From positions 1 to 56,035 of the forward strand of contig DAOTUH010000390.1 in NCBI GenBank assembly GCA_034437255.1: a stretch of DNA of 56,035 nucleotides. The letters run 5' to 3'. Of this stretch, positions 33,901 to 41,507 are shown piece by piece. Both the position numbers and the translations under genes were made by a program. The notes under the pieces were generated by a model. That model was not told the origin of the DNA. It did no database searches and saw nothing but the letters and a program-made list of their open reading frames with translations. Positions within the stretch are counted from its first letter, which is position 1; every line of letters starts with the position of its first letter. The stretch is from Anaerolineae bacterium. Lineage in GTDB: Bacteria; Chloroflexota; Anaerolineae; B4-G1; SLSP01.

Positions 33901-34030
33901 GTACGTACACCAGCGGGCTCCCGGCCAATCGCCGCGCGTGGAGTGAGCCGCGCTCCACCCACTGCGCGATCAGAAACAGAAAGCCTATGTACAGCACAAG
34001 CGCTGCAATAATCGTAGCCACACTAAGCAT
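30956..34030 (-). CDS. P8, GAF-stub sensor paralog: SLC5/sodium:solute-symporter-like 12-13 TM domain - helical linker - coiled coil - GAF-A - half-GAF - GAF stub
   Basis: The first 510 aa or so are polytopic with an SSF-like pattern ('ITSIADFISARYEKSPALAAIATIIALVGITPYIALQLKSV', 'FLPRQFHV', 'GGFSAATGMV'). Then 'FDLYYVGLFLVGE..AGTGEAG..LPETRSEAALPL'. Tail 'LESARLYEDTQRRAARERLTGEITSRIRESLDVEAVLQVAAREMRAAL'. Confidence 0.85.
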   Translation of the reverse strand: MLSVATIIAALVLYIGFLFLIAQWVERGSLHARRLAGSPLVYVLALAVYCTSWTYYGSVGNAASSGALFLTIYLGPTMMIALWWLVLRKLVRIKAAHRITSIADFISARYEKSPALAAIATIIALVGITPYIALQLKSVTSTFTTMVAAGGAGGAWGEGPIGLAVVATMTAFTIAFGARRLDPTERQPGMIVALAVQGIVKLVAFLAVGVFVTYIMYDGFGDIFQRLSESPFQGLMGRAGEDISAYLTWMTYLVLAMSAIVFLPRQFHVAVVENSDENHIRTAMWLLPLYLLLINIFVIPIAVGGLLQGQPIQEADTFVLELPLSQNRPWLALMAFIGGFSAATGMVMVSGMTTATMIVNHLVLPSLEWLKGLDFLRRNLLQVRWVVIAFVLFLGYLIERLIGESYTLVNMGLISFAAALQFAPAILGGIFWRRGNKTGSILGLSAGFLTWTYTLLLPSLVKSGWLSMSLLEQGPLGIQFLRPEQLFGLVGLSPLTHTLFWTMTFNVGLYVLGSLYFEQSEEERELADAFVDALVAGPTLRLLAYGEAHIDIASKCDVLEGLLSQYFNDVQVANIIEFSLDAVGIEEKAQISVAELAEFYGEVERVLAGSIGAAAAHRTMERDVLMTPEEASELSGMYGRILADLQVSPEELRSRIDYYEERERLLSSQATELEEMVAERTRGLKAAADVGRAATSILDVEELIQQSVELIRKRFDLYYVGLFLVGEAGKWAVLEAGTGEAGRAMLGRGHRLEVGGTSMIGWSVAHGEARIAQVAKEDAVRLATPELPETRSEAALPLRSRGQVVGALTVQSTRPGAFDEATIAVLQTMADQLAVALDNARLFAEAQEALAAERRAYGQLSGEAWQKLLRGRTEWGYRYVNQEVVPIEETPQPEIMKAAEKNERVQTEGDGAVLDVPIKVRDQAIGTLRFRKDGTDQKWTIEEKKLLDALSEELGRTLESARLYEDTQRRAARERLTGEITSRIRESLDVEAVLQVAAREMRAALNLEEAEVRIMLSALEEGDV

Positions 34031-34289
34031 CGCTCACCTCTCCGCCTTTCCCACCATCCTTCCCTTCCTCCATTTCCGATGTATCAGCAGGAACCGACGT
34101 GGAACTTCGGGCCACAAGAAACAACAAGATAATGATCCCCGCCCAGGGAAGGTACAAGGATCGCATCACGGGATCGGGACGCGCTACGGCGAACATGACT
34201 AATAACGGTCGCGTGAACAGGATCAAACAGAGGCCGAAGAGCAAGATGTGAAACTCCGATCGTCCTAACAACGTCCTTAGCCTTTTCAT
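34023..34289 (-). CDS. small (88 aa) two-TM membrane protein, translationally coupled to P8
   Basis: Two hydrophobic spans ('FHILLFGLCLILFTRPLLVMFAV' and 'LYLPWAGIIILLFLVA') and an acidic tail. It starts 7 nt after the P9 stop, and its stop overlaps the P8 start by 8 nt. The position is analogous to small DUF485/YjcH-type partners of SSF transporters, but no sequence similarity is claimed. Confidence 0.5.
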   Translation of the reverse strand: MKRLRTLLGRSEFHILLFGLCLILFTRPLLVMFAVARPDPVMRSLYLPWAGIIILLFLVARSSTSVPADTSEMEEGKDGGKGGEVSDA

Positions 34290-34296
34290 CTTCAGA

Positions 34297-36981
34297 TCAC
34301 TCCTCTGCTTCCATCCGCACTTCTATCTCAGCAATGCCCAATCGCTCTCCCATCTCACGAAGGGCCGTACGGAGTATGACATCCATGTCCAACTTCTCGC
34401 GCATACGAGATGTGATTTCACCTAACATCTGCTCACGAGCGGCGCGGCGCTGGGTGTCCTCGTAGAGACGCGCGCTCTCCAGTGCGCGCCCCAACTCTTC
34501 TGTCAGCGCCTCCAACAGCACTTGCTCTTCGGCGATCCAAGCCTGTCCTGGTTCCGCTTTGCTGAAATTCAGCACGCCAACAACGCGATCACGCACTCGG
34601 AGAGGCACAGCCAACGTCGCCATATCTGACGCATCCTCTACGAAGCCCTGTACACTTTGCTCTCTGTTGACGGCGCGATGCATCTCAGGCGTCCAATTAT
34701 CGTCTTGGGCCGGCACAGTGGTTGTACCCTGATAGTCATAGCCCCAATTGGAACGAGCTTGCAGGATCTTGGCCCATGCTTGACGGCTCAACTCTCCATA
34801 GGCGCGGCGCTCTGCCTCTAGCGAGGCCTGCGCTTCCGTGAACAATCTTGCGTTATCCAATGCCACAGCAATTTGATCTGCCATCGTCTGCAACAACGTG
34901 ATAGTATCACGATCAAAGGCATTGGGCACAGTGCTCTGAATCGTGAGTGCACCGCGCACCTGACCACGAGAACGCAAAGGGAGTGCTCCCTCAGAACGCG
35001 TCTCAGGCAAATGAGGATTATCAAAGCGCACAGCCTCATCGCCGACATCCAGTGCAATTCGCGCCTCTGCATATTTGATGCATTGGCCGATCATGGAGTC
35101 CCCGCCCACCCGTAGTCTATGTTCTTCAGCCAGCATTTTACGTCCTGCTTCACCGGTTCCTGCTCGCAAGACAGCCCAATTCCCCTCGACCAGGAAAAGT
35201 CCTACGTAATAGAGGCCAAAGCGCTCACGAATCAAAACCACCGCTTCACGGATCAAACGATCGCGCTCCAAGATCGAGGCAATGGTGTGGCTTACCTCGC
35301 CCGCAGTCTCTAGATACGCCGATCGTTCTTCTAGCTCACGGGTCCGATCAGCGACACGTTCCTCAAGACTGCCAATGAATTCCCGCAGCTGGCGAGTCAT
35401 GCTGTTAAAAGCACCCGCCAAGGCGCCAATCTCGTCTTCCCGTTCTGTCTCTACAGTGATGAGTTCCTGATCCCCAGATGCGATCTGTTGAGCCGTATCA
35501 GCCAGTCTCGCCAGTGGAACTGTGATCGTGTTGGTAAGAATGATAGAGACAATAACTACCCCTAACACCGCTCCAACCGCAATCCCCGCATCTAGCAGCA
35601 ACAACCGGCTGACGCCGCGAAAGGCCTCGCTGGCATCCTGTTCTGCCACCAATGCGACCCGGAAATCCGGTAGCCAATGATAAACTCCTACCACAGCAAC
35701 GTCCCGGTAATTTTTGTACTGTCCGCTACCCTTCGTTTTCTGTCCAATCGCCATGGTGGTTGCTTCAGAACGAATGTAAGCTATACTCTCTGCCTCGAAC
35801 CTTGACGTCGTAAGCAGGGCGTAGTTAGATCCTACTAGATAAGTCTCACCCGTCTCACCCAGCCCGGCGCGCTCAAGCATAATGCTACTGAGAGCATCCA
35901 TATCCGCCCGGCCTGCCAGAACTGCGACTGGTTCATTCTCTTGGTTGGTCAAGGGACGGGCTGCCAACACCAAGGTCTCCTCAAGTGATGGTGAATAAGA
36001 AGGGGGATGCACATAAGGGCCTTGTAGTCCTTCTTGAAAGAACGTGTCACGGGCGTAAACTTTGCCCTGTTGTGTCGGGTCCGTGGATATAAAGACTTGT
36101 CCGTCGAGATCCATCACAAACATCTCTTCGAAGAGTCCCATCTGTTCGATAGCCCATTGAAGATGTTCCTGGATACTTTCGTACGTCGATTGGCTCGCTG
36201 ACGCTGAACCTATAATCTCTTCAAGTTGATCTGGAAGTTGAGAACTGGTAGCTACAACATCAAGATTCACCACCAGATCATCCAACCAGGCTTGAATCTC
36301 CGCTTGTTTGAGTGTGGCAACGGATTCAAGCTGGTTCTCTACCTGTTGTCGGATCTGATCACGGGCCACTAAGAACGCGCTGCCTCCAATAACCAAGGCC
36401 AATAACAGTACCAAGGGCACGTACGTAATCAGCAAGCGGGAGCGAATGGTACGCAGACGACCGCGAGCAATCACATACTGCCAGACAATAAACAAAGTTA
36501 AGAGGCCTAGGACGGAGAGATAGGCAATAAGCTGCCCTCCGGTATCCGCCAAAACACGACGAGGCAACGGTGCTAACCAGTTAACTAACACGACAAAAAC
36601 TAGATACCCCACCGCGGCACCTAACCCGACAACCCAGCGATGCGGTAGCAACAGAGCCCCTACAAACAGCAACAGCACAGCCACCAATGCAGTTAATATC
36701 GGATCTTGAACCCAGAGCAGTTCGTCGACACCGATTCCCAAAAATGTAGCCAGCAATATCCAATAGGCAGCTCGGTCGAGAGTCTCTTGCCGGAGAGCTT
36801 GCCAGGCCAATATCAAACAGCCAAGAGCCAGCAAAATAAAGCCGGCATCGGCCAAGATATACCAGGCCTGCGTCCTATAATAATCTCTCACATCGGCAGC
36901 AAGCCCGACAATAGCAACCACTAAGCCGATCAGAATGATCCGCCTCATGACCAGAGCGCGCTGCTTGAGCTGTTCAGACAT
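34297..36981 (-). CDS. P9, GAF-stub sensor paralog: about 7 TM - Cache-like periplasmic domain - TM - HAMP - GAF-A - half-GAF - GAF stub
   Basis: Cache-like segment 'FVMDLDGQVFISTDP..YVHPPSYSPSLEETLVLAARPL..ETYLVGSNYALLT..VVGVYHWLPDFRVALVAEQDASEAF'. HAMP 'GDQELITVETEREDEIGALAGAFNSM'. 'FGLYYVGLFLVEG..AGTGEAG..LPETRSEGALPL'. Tail 'LESARLYEDTQRRAAREQMLGEITSRMREKLDMDVILRTALREMGERL'. Confidence 0.85.
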   Translation of the reverse strand: MSEQLKQRALVMRRIILIGLVVAIVGLAADVRDYYRTQAWYILADAGFILLALGCLILAWQALRQETLDRAAYWILLATFLGIGVDELLWVQDPILTALVAVLLLFVGALLLPHRWVVGLGAAVGYLVFVVLVNWLAPLPRRVLADTGGQLIAYLSVLGLLTLFIVWQYVIARGRLRTIRSRLLITYVPLVLLLALVIGGSAFLVARDQIRQQVENQLESVATLKQAEIQAWLDDLVVNLDVVATSSQLPDQLEEIIGSASASQSTYESIQEHLQWAIEQMGLFEEMFVMDLDGQVFISTDPTQQGKVYARDTFFQEGLQGPYVHPPSYSPSLEETLVLAARPLTNQENEPVAVLAGRADMDALSSIMLERAGLGETGETYLVGSNYALLTTSRFEAESIAYIRSEATTMAIGQKTKGSGQYKNYRDVAVVGVYHWLPDFRVALVAEQDASEAFRGVSRLLLLDAGIAVGAVLGVVIVSIILTNTITVPLARLADTAQQIASGDQELITVETEREDEIGALAGAFNSMTRQLREFIGSLEERVADRTRELEERSAYLETAGEVSHTIASILERDRLIREAVVLIRERFGLYYVGLFLVEGNWAVLRAGTGEAGRKMLAEEHRLRVGGDSMIGQCIKYAEARIALDVGDEAVRFDNPHLPETRSEGALPLRSRGQVRGALTIQSTVPNAFDRDTITLLQTMADQIAVALDNARLFTEAQASLEAERRAYGELSRQAWAKILQARSNWGYDYQGTTTVPAQDDNWTPEMHRAVNREQSVQGFVEDASDMATLAVPLRVRDRVVGVLNFSKAEPGQAWIAEEQVLLEALTEELGRALESARLYEDTQRRAAREQMLGEITSRMREKLDMDVILRTALREMGERLGIAEIEVRMEAEE

Positions 36982-37015
36982 ATTTATCTCCGCTTGACAA
37001 TGGCTCTAGTAGAGA

Positions 37016-38005
37016 TTATGGTTGTGAACCTTCCACGAACTCATTCGTATAGACAGCCGTCATATCCACACCCTCTTCGATCAATCCTCTATCAAAAAGA
37101 ATGTCGTGCATTTCTTGCCAAACCTCCTCACGCATCTGACCGATGGCGCCTTCTCCGGTATCGATGAGGGGAATGCTGATTTCGACAGACTCATACTCAA
37201 TCTCGCGTTCCGTCTCAGGCGCAAATGCCATGACCGCGTCTGCGGCTAGTCCGGGGTTTTCGATAGCTTCTTGCCATCCTTTGAGGGTTGCTCGCACAAA
37301 ACGCTGCACCACATCAGGATTTTCCTCGATAAACGTGTCCGTAGTGAAGAGCACGTCCCCATAGAAGGGTACACCGTACTCACCCGGCCAAATGGCCTGA
37401 ACTGAAATACCGTTACGTTCGGCGTAAGGAATGTCGTTGATAGCGTAACCTGGGCAGACCTCAGCGGCCTCCCAGCACTCCAACACATCCCAACTCGGCA
37501 TATCGATCTCGTTGATTTGCTCGCGATCTATATCCAACGCGCCCACAATGGCCTCATAAAGATAGGTTCCTTGCCCTGGGGAAAGCGCTACGGTATGACC
37601 GGGAAAATCATGGGGACTCTGAATACCCGTCTCTTGCGGTGTTATGTACACCAGTGGGACGATCTTATAAATCACGGCGACGGCTTTCACAGGCTCTCCC
37701 TCACCGCGATGGATAATTAACTCTTCCGGCGCACCAAGCGCAAAGTCGTTTTCGCCGTTCAACACATATTCTGTAGTCACCTGCCGATCCATATCAAGGG
37801 GCTCGATGGTGACATCCAGATTCTCTTCGGCATAGTAGCCCTCTTGATCCGCCACGTAGATGCCTGCGAACTGGCCTTGATGGGCCCACTTAAGGCGAAT
37901 GGAAATCTGGTCCGGCTCCGGTGGAGCCGCCGTACATGCTCCTAAGAGAATTATACCTATGACGAGCACCAGCTGAGTCACGATCTGTCTGCGTCTACTT
38001 AACAT
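37016..38005 (-). CDS. orphan NMT1/THI5-like (SsuA/TauA-type) solute-binding lipoprotein
   Basis: Lipobox 'ILLGAC'. 'ISIRLKWAHQGQFAGIYVADQEGYYAEENLDVTIEP' is the typical NMT1/SsuA N-terminal pattern. The ATG at 38005 has AGGAGG 5 nt upstream (the ORF track uses GTG 38029). Confidence 0.7.
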   Translation of the reverse strand: MLSRRRQIVTQLVLVIGIILLGACTAAPPEPDQISIRLKWAHQGQFAGIYVADQEGYYAEENLDVTIEPLDMDRQVTTEYVLNGENDFALGAPEELIIHRGEGEPVKAVAVIYKIVPLVYITPQETGIQSPHDFPGHTVALSPGQGTYLYEAIVGALDIDREQINEIDMPSWDVLECWEAAEVCPGYAINDIPYAERNGISVQAIWPGEYGVPFYGDVLFTTDTFIEENPDVVQRFVRATLKGWQEAIENPGLAADAVMAFAPETEREIEYESVEISIPLIDTGEGAIGQMREEVWQEMHDILFDRGLIEEGVDMTAVYTNEFVEGSQP

Positions 38006-38049
38006 TTCTACCTCCTGTATCTTCTTCACTGTTGTACTACGTCCAAAAT

Positions 38050-39753
38050 CTAACGATCTTCAACGTCACGCATACGTAGCTTGATCTGACCAATCTCCAA
38101 AGCATCTCCGATCTCTTGTAACGCAGTCTGCATAACCGTTTCCATGTCCAACGTCTCTCGCATCCGTGACGCGACCTCGCCGATAAGCTGCTCACGGGCG
38201 GCGCGACGCTGGGTGTCCTCGTAGAGACGGGCACTTTCTAGCGCCTGGCTCAACTGTCCCGTCAACGTCTCCAATAGCTCAATCTCCTCTGCTTTCCATT
38301 CTCCCTCGCCAGCAGGTTTACTACCGTCGATCACACCTACGACCTCGCCTCGCACCTTGATGGGAATCGCCACTCTCTCACCCTCATCATCTAGGGTGAT
38401 CTGCCCCGTATAGAGCGCCTTCCGCATCTCTGGACGCCACAAGTCGCCAGCGGGCACAGTGGTATCCGCGTAACTGAGAAAGCCCAAATCCAACCTTTTC
38501 TCGATCAGCTCTTGCCACGCCTCGCGACTTAACTCACCGTAGGCCCGCCGCTCTGCTTCCAGACTCTCTTGCACTTGCCCGAGGAGGCGCGCATTACTGA
38601 TAGCCATCGCCACCTGGTCCGCCAAGGCTTGCAAAACGTCTACATCCTCCTCACTGAACGCTTCGGGCATCTTGCTCTGCACATCCAAAGCGCCTATGAT
38701 TTCACCACGCGCTCGCAACGGTAACGCCAGCTCCGATCGTGTCTCTGGCAAGTCGGGATTATCGAAATAGACCGCATCTGCGCCGGTGTCCACAGCAATG
38801 CGTGCCACCCCTTGACCGGTGACATAGCCTACAACGCCTTCTTTTCCAACCCGAAGACGATGCCCTCGCGCTAGCATGTGTTGTCCGCCCTCGCTGGACG
38901 CAGCCTGCAACTCCGCCCATTCTCCGGCAGCATCGATCAGGAGGATACCGGTGTGATAGAAGCCGAACCGCTCGCTGATGAGACTCACCACACGCCCAAT
39001 AAGATCTTGAGGATCCAGCACCGAGGTCGCATCGCGGGCCACGCTCGTCGTGGCTTCTAGATAGCGCGAGCGGCGTTCCAGCTCTTGCGTACGGTCCTCA
39101 AGGGTACGACGACTTCTTTCCAAATCGCGGTTTCTCTCGCGTAAGGCCTGGGCGGTATCTCGCGCTCGTGTAAAGCCCTCTGAGATGCTCAGGAGAGCAA
39201 ATCGAACCGCAAGAACAATCAAACTCAGGTTGATAACAAACTGCAACCAGTCTGACCATACAGCACCCCGTACCTCGTAGCTCAAAAATCCTCTATTTTC
39301 CAGGACGAAGAGAATCAACGTGATTAGAACGCTGACAACGGCAAATCCAATGGCGGCTCCCTGACCAAGCAGCAGCCCGGCCAGCAACACGACAAACACA
39401 TAGCCCATGATAGCGGCGCTTCTGATCCCGTTGAAGCTATAAAGGTCGAAGGTAAAAAGCGCCAGCAAGCCCAGGACCAGGAGCAGGCTGGAGAGCTGTA
39501 ACCGCTTCTTATTAAGAAGCCATTTGAGTACTCCCGCCAGAATAAAACCGGCCACCCCAAAAATAAAATTGATCGCCAAAAGGCGAAGGTCAAACACCGT
39601 AAATAAAAAGGGCACGACCACTGAAAACAACAAGACCGTCAACAAGATAGCGTTGAGCAAGCGCGCGACGCGTCTATCCTCATCCCGTTCAAATGCCGGA
39701 GGCGTGAGAAAGTGTCTGATCTTGGCCCACTTCGTCTTCGTTTCCTCTTCCAT
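38050..39753 (-). CDS. P10, GAF-stub sensor paralog: class-I polytopic membrane module - coiled coil - GAF-A - half-GAF - GAF stub
   Basis: 'FLTPPAFERDEDRRVARLLNAILL'. 'FGFYHTGILLIDA..AASSEGG..LPETRSELALPL'. Tail 'LESARLYEDTQRRAAREQLIGEVASRMRETLDMETVMQTALQEIGDAL'. The ATG at 39753 overlaps the P11 TGA by 1 nt (TGATG). Confidence 0.85.
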   Translation of the reverse strand: MEEETKTKWAKIRHFLTPPAFERDEDRRVARLLNAILLTVLLFSVVVPFLFTVFDLRLLAINFIFGVAGFILAGVLKWLLNKKRLQLSSLLLVLGLLALFTFDLYSFNGIRSAAIMGYVFVVLLAGLLLGQGAAIGFAVVSVLITLILFVLENRGFLSYEVRGAVWSDWLQFVINLSLIVLAVRFALLSISEGFTRARDTAQALRERNRDLERSRRTLEDRTQELERRSRYLEATTSVARDATSVLDPQDLIGRVVSLISERFGFYHTGILLIDAAGEWAELQAASSEGGQHMLARGHRLRVGKEGVVGYVTGQGVARIAVDTGADAVYFDNPDLPETRSELALPLRARGEIIGALDVQSKMPEAFSEEDVDVLQALADQVAMAISNARLLGQVQESLEAERRAYGELSREAWQELIEKRLDLGFLSYADTTVPAGDLWRPEMRKALYTGQITLDDEGERVAIPIKVRGEVVGVIDGSKPAGEGEWKAEEIELLETLTGQLSQALESARLYEDTQRRAAREQLIGEVASRMRETLDMETVMQTALQEIGDALEIGQIKLRMRDVEDR

Positions 39754-41486
39754 CACTCGATATCCTTAGCCATATCCTCATCCGGTTTGCCTAAACGAAT
39801 AACCACGTCGTTCAACGCCAATGCCTGCTTGACCTCACTCGCCGCCGCCTTCAACACCCTCTCCAGATCGAGGGACTCACGGAAACGGGCGGCGGCCTCA
39901 CCGATAAGCCGCTCACGGGCGGCGCGGCGCTGCGTATCCTGATAGAGACGGGCGTTCTCTAAAGCCGTGCTTAATTGGTCAGATAGCGTCTCCATCAGCT
40001 CGACTTGTTCCGGTGTCCATTCGCCGTCGTCCTTTGGTTTATGCGCATCAAGCACGCCAATCACTTGCCCTCGGACTTTGAGAGGAACGGCGAGTACACT
40101 GTCTTCCCCATCTGTATCTTCAATCGAACGATTCTCCGCAAGCGCACGTTTCATCCACGCATGCCACACGTCCTCTGAGACCAGGACGTCCTGGGGGTCG
40201 TAGATTGCTCTCAAGCCTGTTTGAGTGCTAAGCAATTCACGCCATGATTCACGGCTGATCTCGCCGTAAGCCCGTCGCATGGCCTCCAGAGAAACTTCGG
40301 ATTCGGCAAGCAACCGAGCGTTCTCAATGGCCACCGCTACCTGATCTGCTAACGTCTGCAGAATCGTTACATCCTCCTGGGTGAAGACCACAGACTGCTT
40401 GCTCTGAACGTCCAGCGCACCAATGACCTCGCCCAGCACTTGAAGTGGCAACGCCATCTCGGAGCGGGTCTCTGGAAGATCAGGGTTATCGAAGTAAGCC
40501 GCATCTTCTCCCACATCCAGGGCAATACGGGGTTCGCCCCGCCCCGTGACGTAACCGACGATGCCCGTCGCTCCCACCTTCAACCGGTGACCACGAGCCA
40601 GCATTTGACGCCCGCCCTCGGACGAGGTCGCTCGCAGTTCCGCATACATGCCTGTGTCGTCGAGGAGAAAGATACCGGTATGATAGAAGCCAAAGCGATC
40701 TGAGATAAGGTTCACCGCCTGCGTCAACAGCTGCTCAATATCTCGAATCTCCGCCGCTTCCCGTGCGACCTCAGCAGCGGCTGCCAGCTGGGCGTTTCGG
40801 GACGCAAGCCCGGCCGTCCGCTCCCGCACCTGCGCCTCGAGTTGAGCCCGCTGCTCTTCCAATTCCTCAGCCAAGCGACGGCTCTGTCCCAAAGCATTGG
40901 CAAGACGCGGAAGCAGATAGTCCAGGGAGATCACCAATAAGCTTCCCAACATGAGCAAGATAATGGTGCCGCTCAACCAAGCAACCCAATCGGTGGTGTT
41001 AGCCTGCTGTGCCACCGAAATTGAGAGGCGACCGGAGGAAAACATCCAGCCGAAGGCGATCATGGTGAGGATGGTCAGTACCAATCCACCAATGCCTGCC
41101 CGCCGTCCAAAGAAGAGCGCGGCAAGCATAGGAAAGGTCAGCAGGAATATCCGACCATCGCCACTCAATCCTGCTTCAATCAAACCCAAAACACCCAAAC
41201 CATAAATCAGAAATAGGAGCATTCCAGCTTGAACAGCGTAAGAGATTCGGCGCCAGAACGTGATGACGAGAATCACTCCGTAACCGCCAACATAGAAGGG
41301 TATCAGCGCTACTTTATCTTCCACGAAAGCATTGTAGGAACTGCTTACAACAGCAAGACCCCCGACGATAACCAAAAACCACAACACACCACGCACCAAC
41401 TCCTGGCGCCAGGTCTGGATGCCCGCCACGGAGGAACTCCCGGCACGGACTTCCAGACTCTCTTTATCGACATTCGATATGCTCAT
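39753..41486 (-). CDS. P11, GAF-stub sensor paralog: class-II polytopic membrane module - coiled coil - GAF-A - half-GAF - GAF stub
   Basis: Class-II motif 'GLSGDGRIFLLTFPMLAALFFGRRAG'. 'FGFYHTGIFLLDD..ATSSEGG..LPETRSEMALPL'. Tail 'LENARLYQDTQRRAARERLIGEAAARFRESLDLERVLKAAASEVKQAL'. Confidence 0.85.
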   Translation of the reverse strand: MSISNVDKESLEVRAGSSSVAGIQTWRQELVRGVLWFLVIVGGLAVVSSSYNAFVEDKVALIPFYVGGYGVILVITFWRRISYAVQAGMLLFLIYGLGVLGLIEAGLSGDGRIFLLTFPMLAALFFGRRAGIGGLVLTILTMIAFGWMFSSGRLSISVAQQANTTDWVAWLSGTIILLMLGSLLVISLDYLLPRLANALGQSRRLAEELEEQRAQLEAQVRERTAGLASRNAQLAAAAEVAREAAEIRDIEQLLTQAVNLISDRFGFYHTGIFLLDDTGMYAELRATSSEGGRQMLARGHRLKVGATGIVGYVTGRGEPRIALDVGEDAAYFDNPDLPETRSEMALPLQVLGEVIGALDVQSKQSVVFTQEDVTILQTLADQVAVAIENARLLAESEVSLEAMRRAYGEISRESWRELLSTQTGLRAIYDPQDVLVSEDVWHAWMKRALAENRSIEDTDGEDSVLAVPLKVRGQVIGVLDAHKPKDDGEWTPEQVELMETLSDQLSTALENARLYQDTQRRAARERLIGEAAARFRESLDLERVLKAAASEVKQALALNDVVIRLGKPDEDMAKDIE

Positions 41487-41507
41487 AGCTCCAAACTCCG
41501 CATCCGT

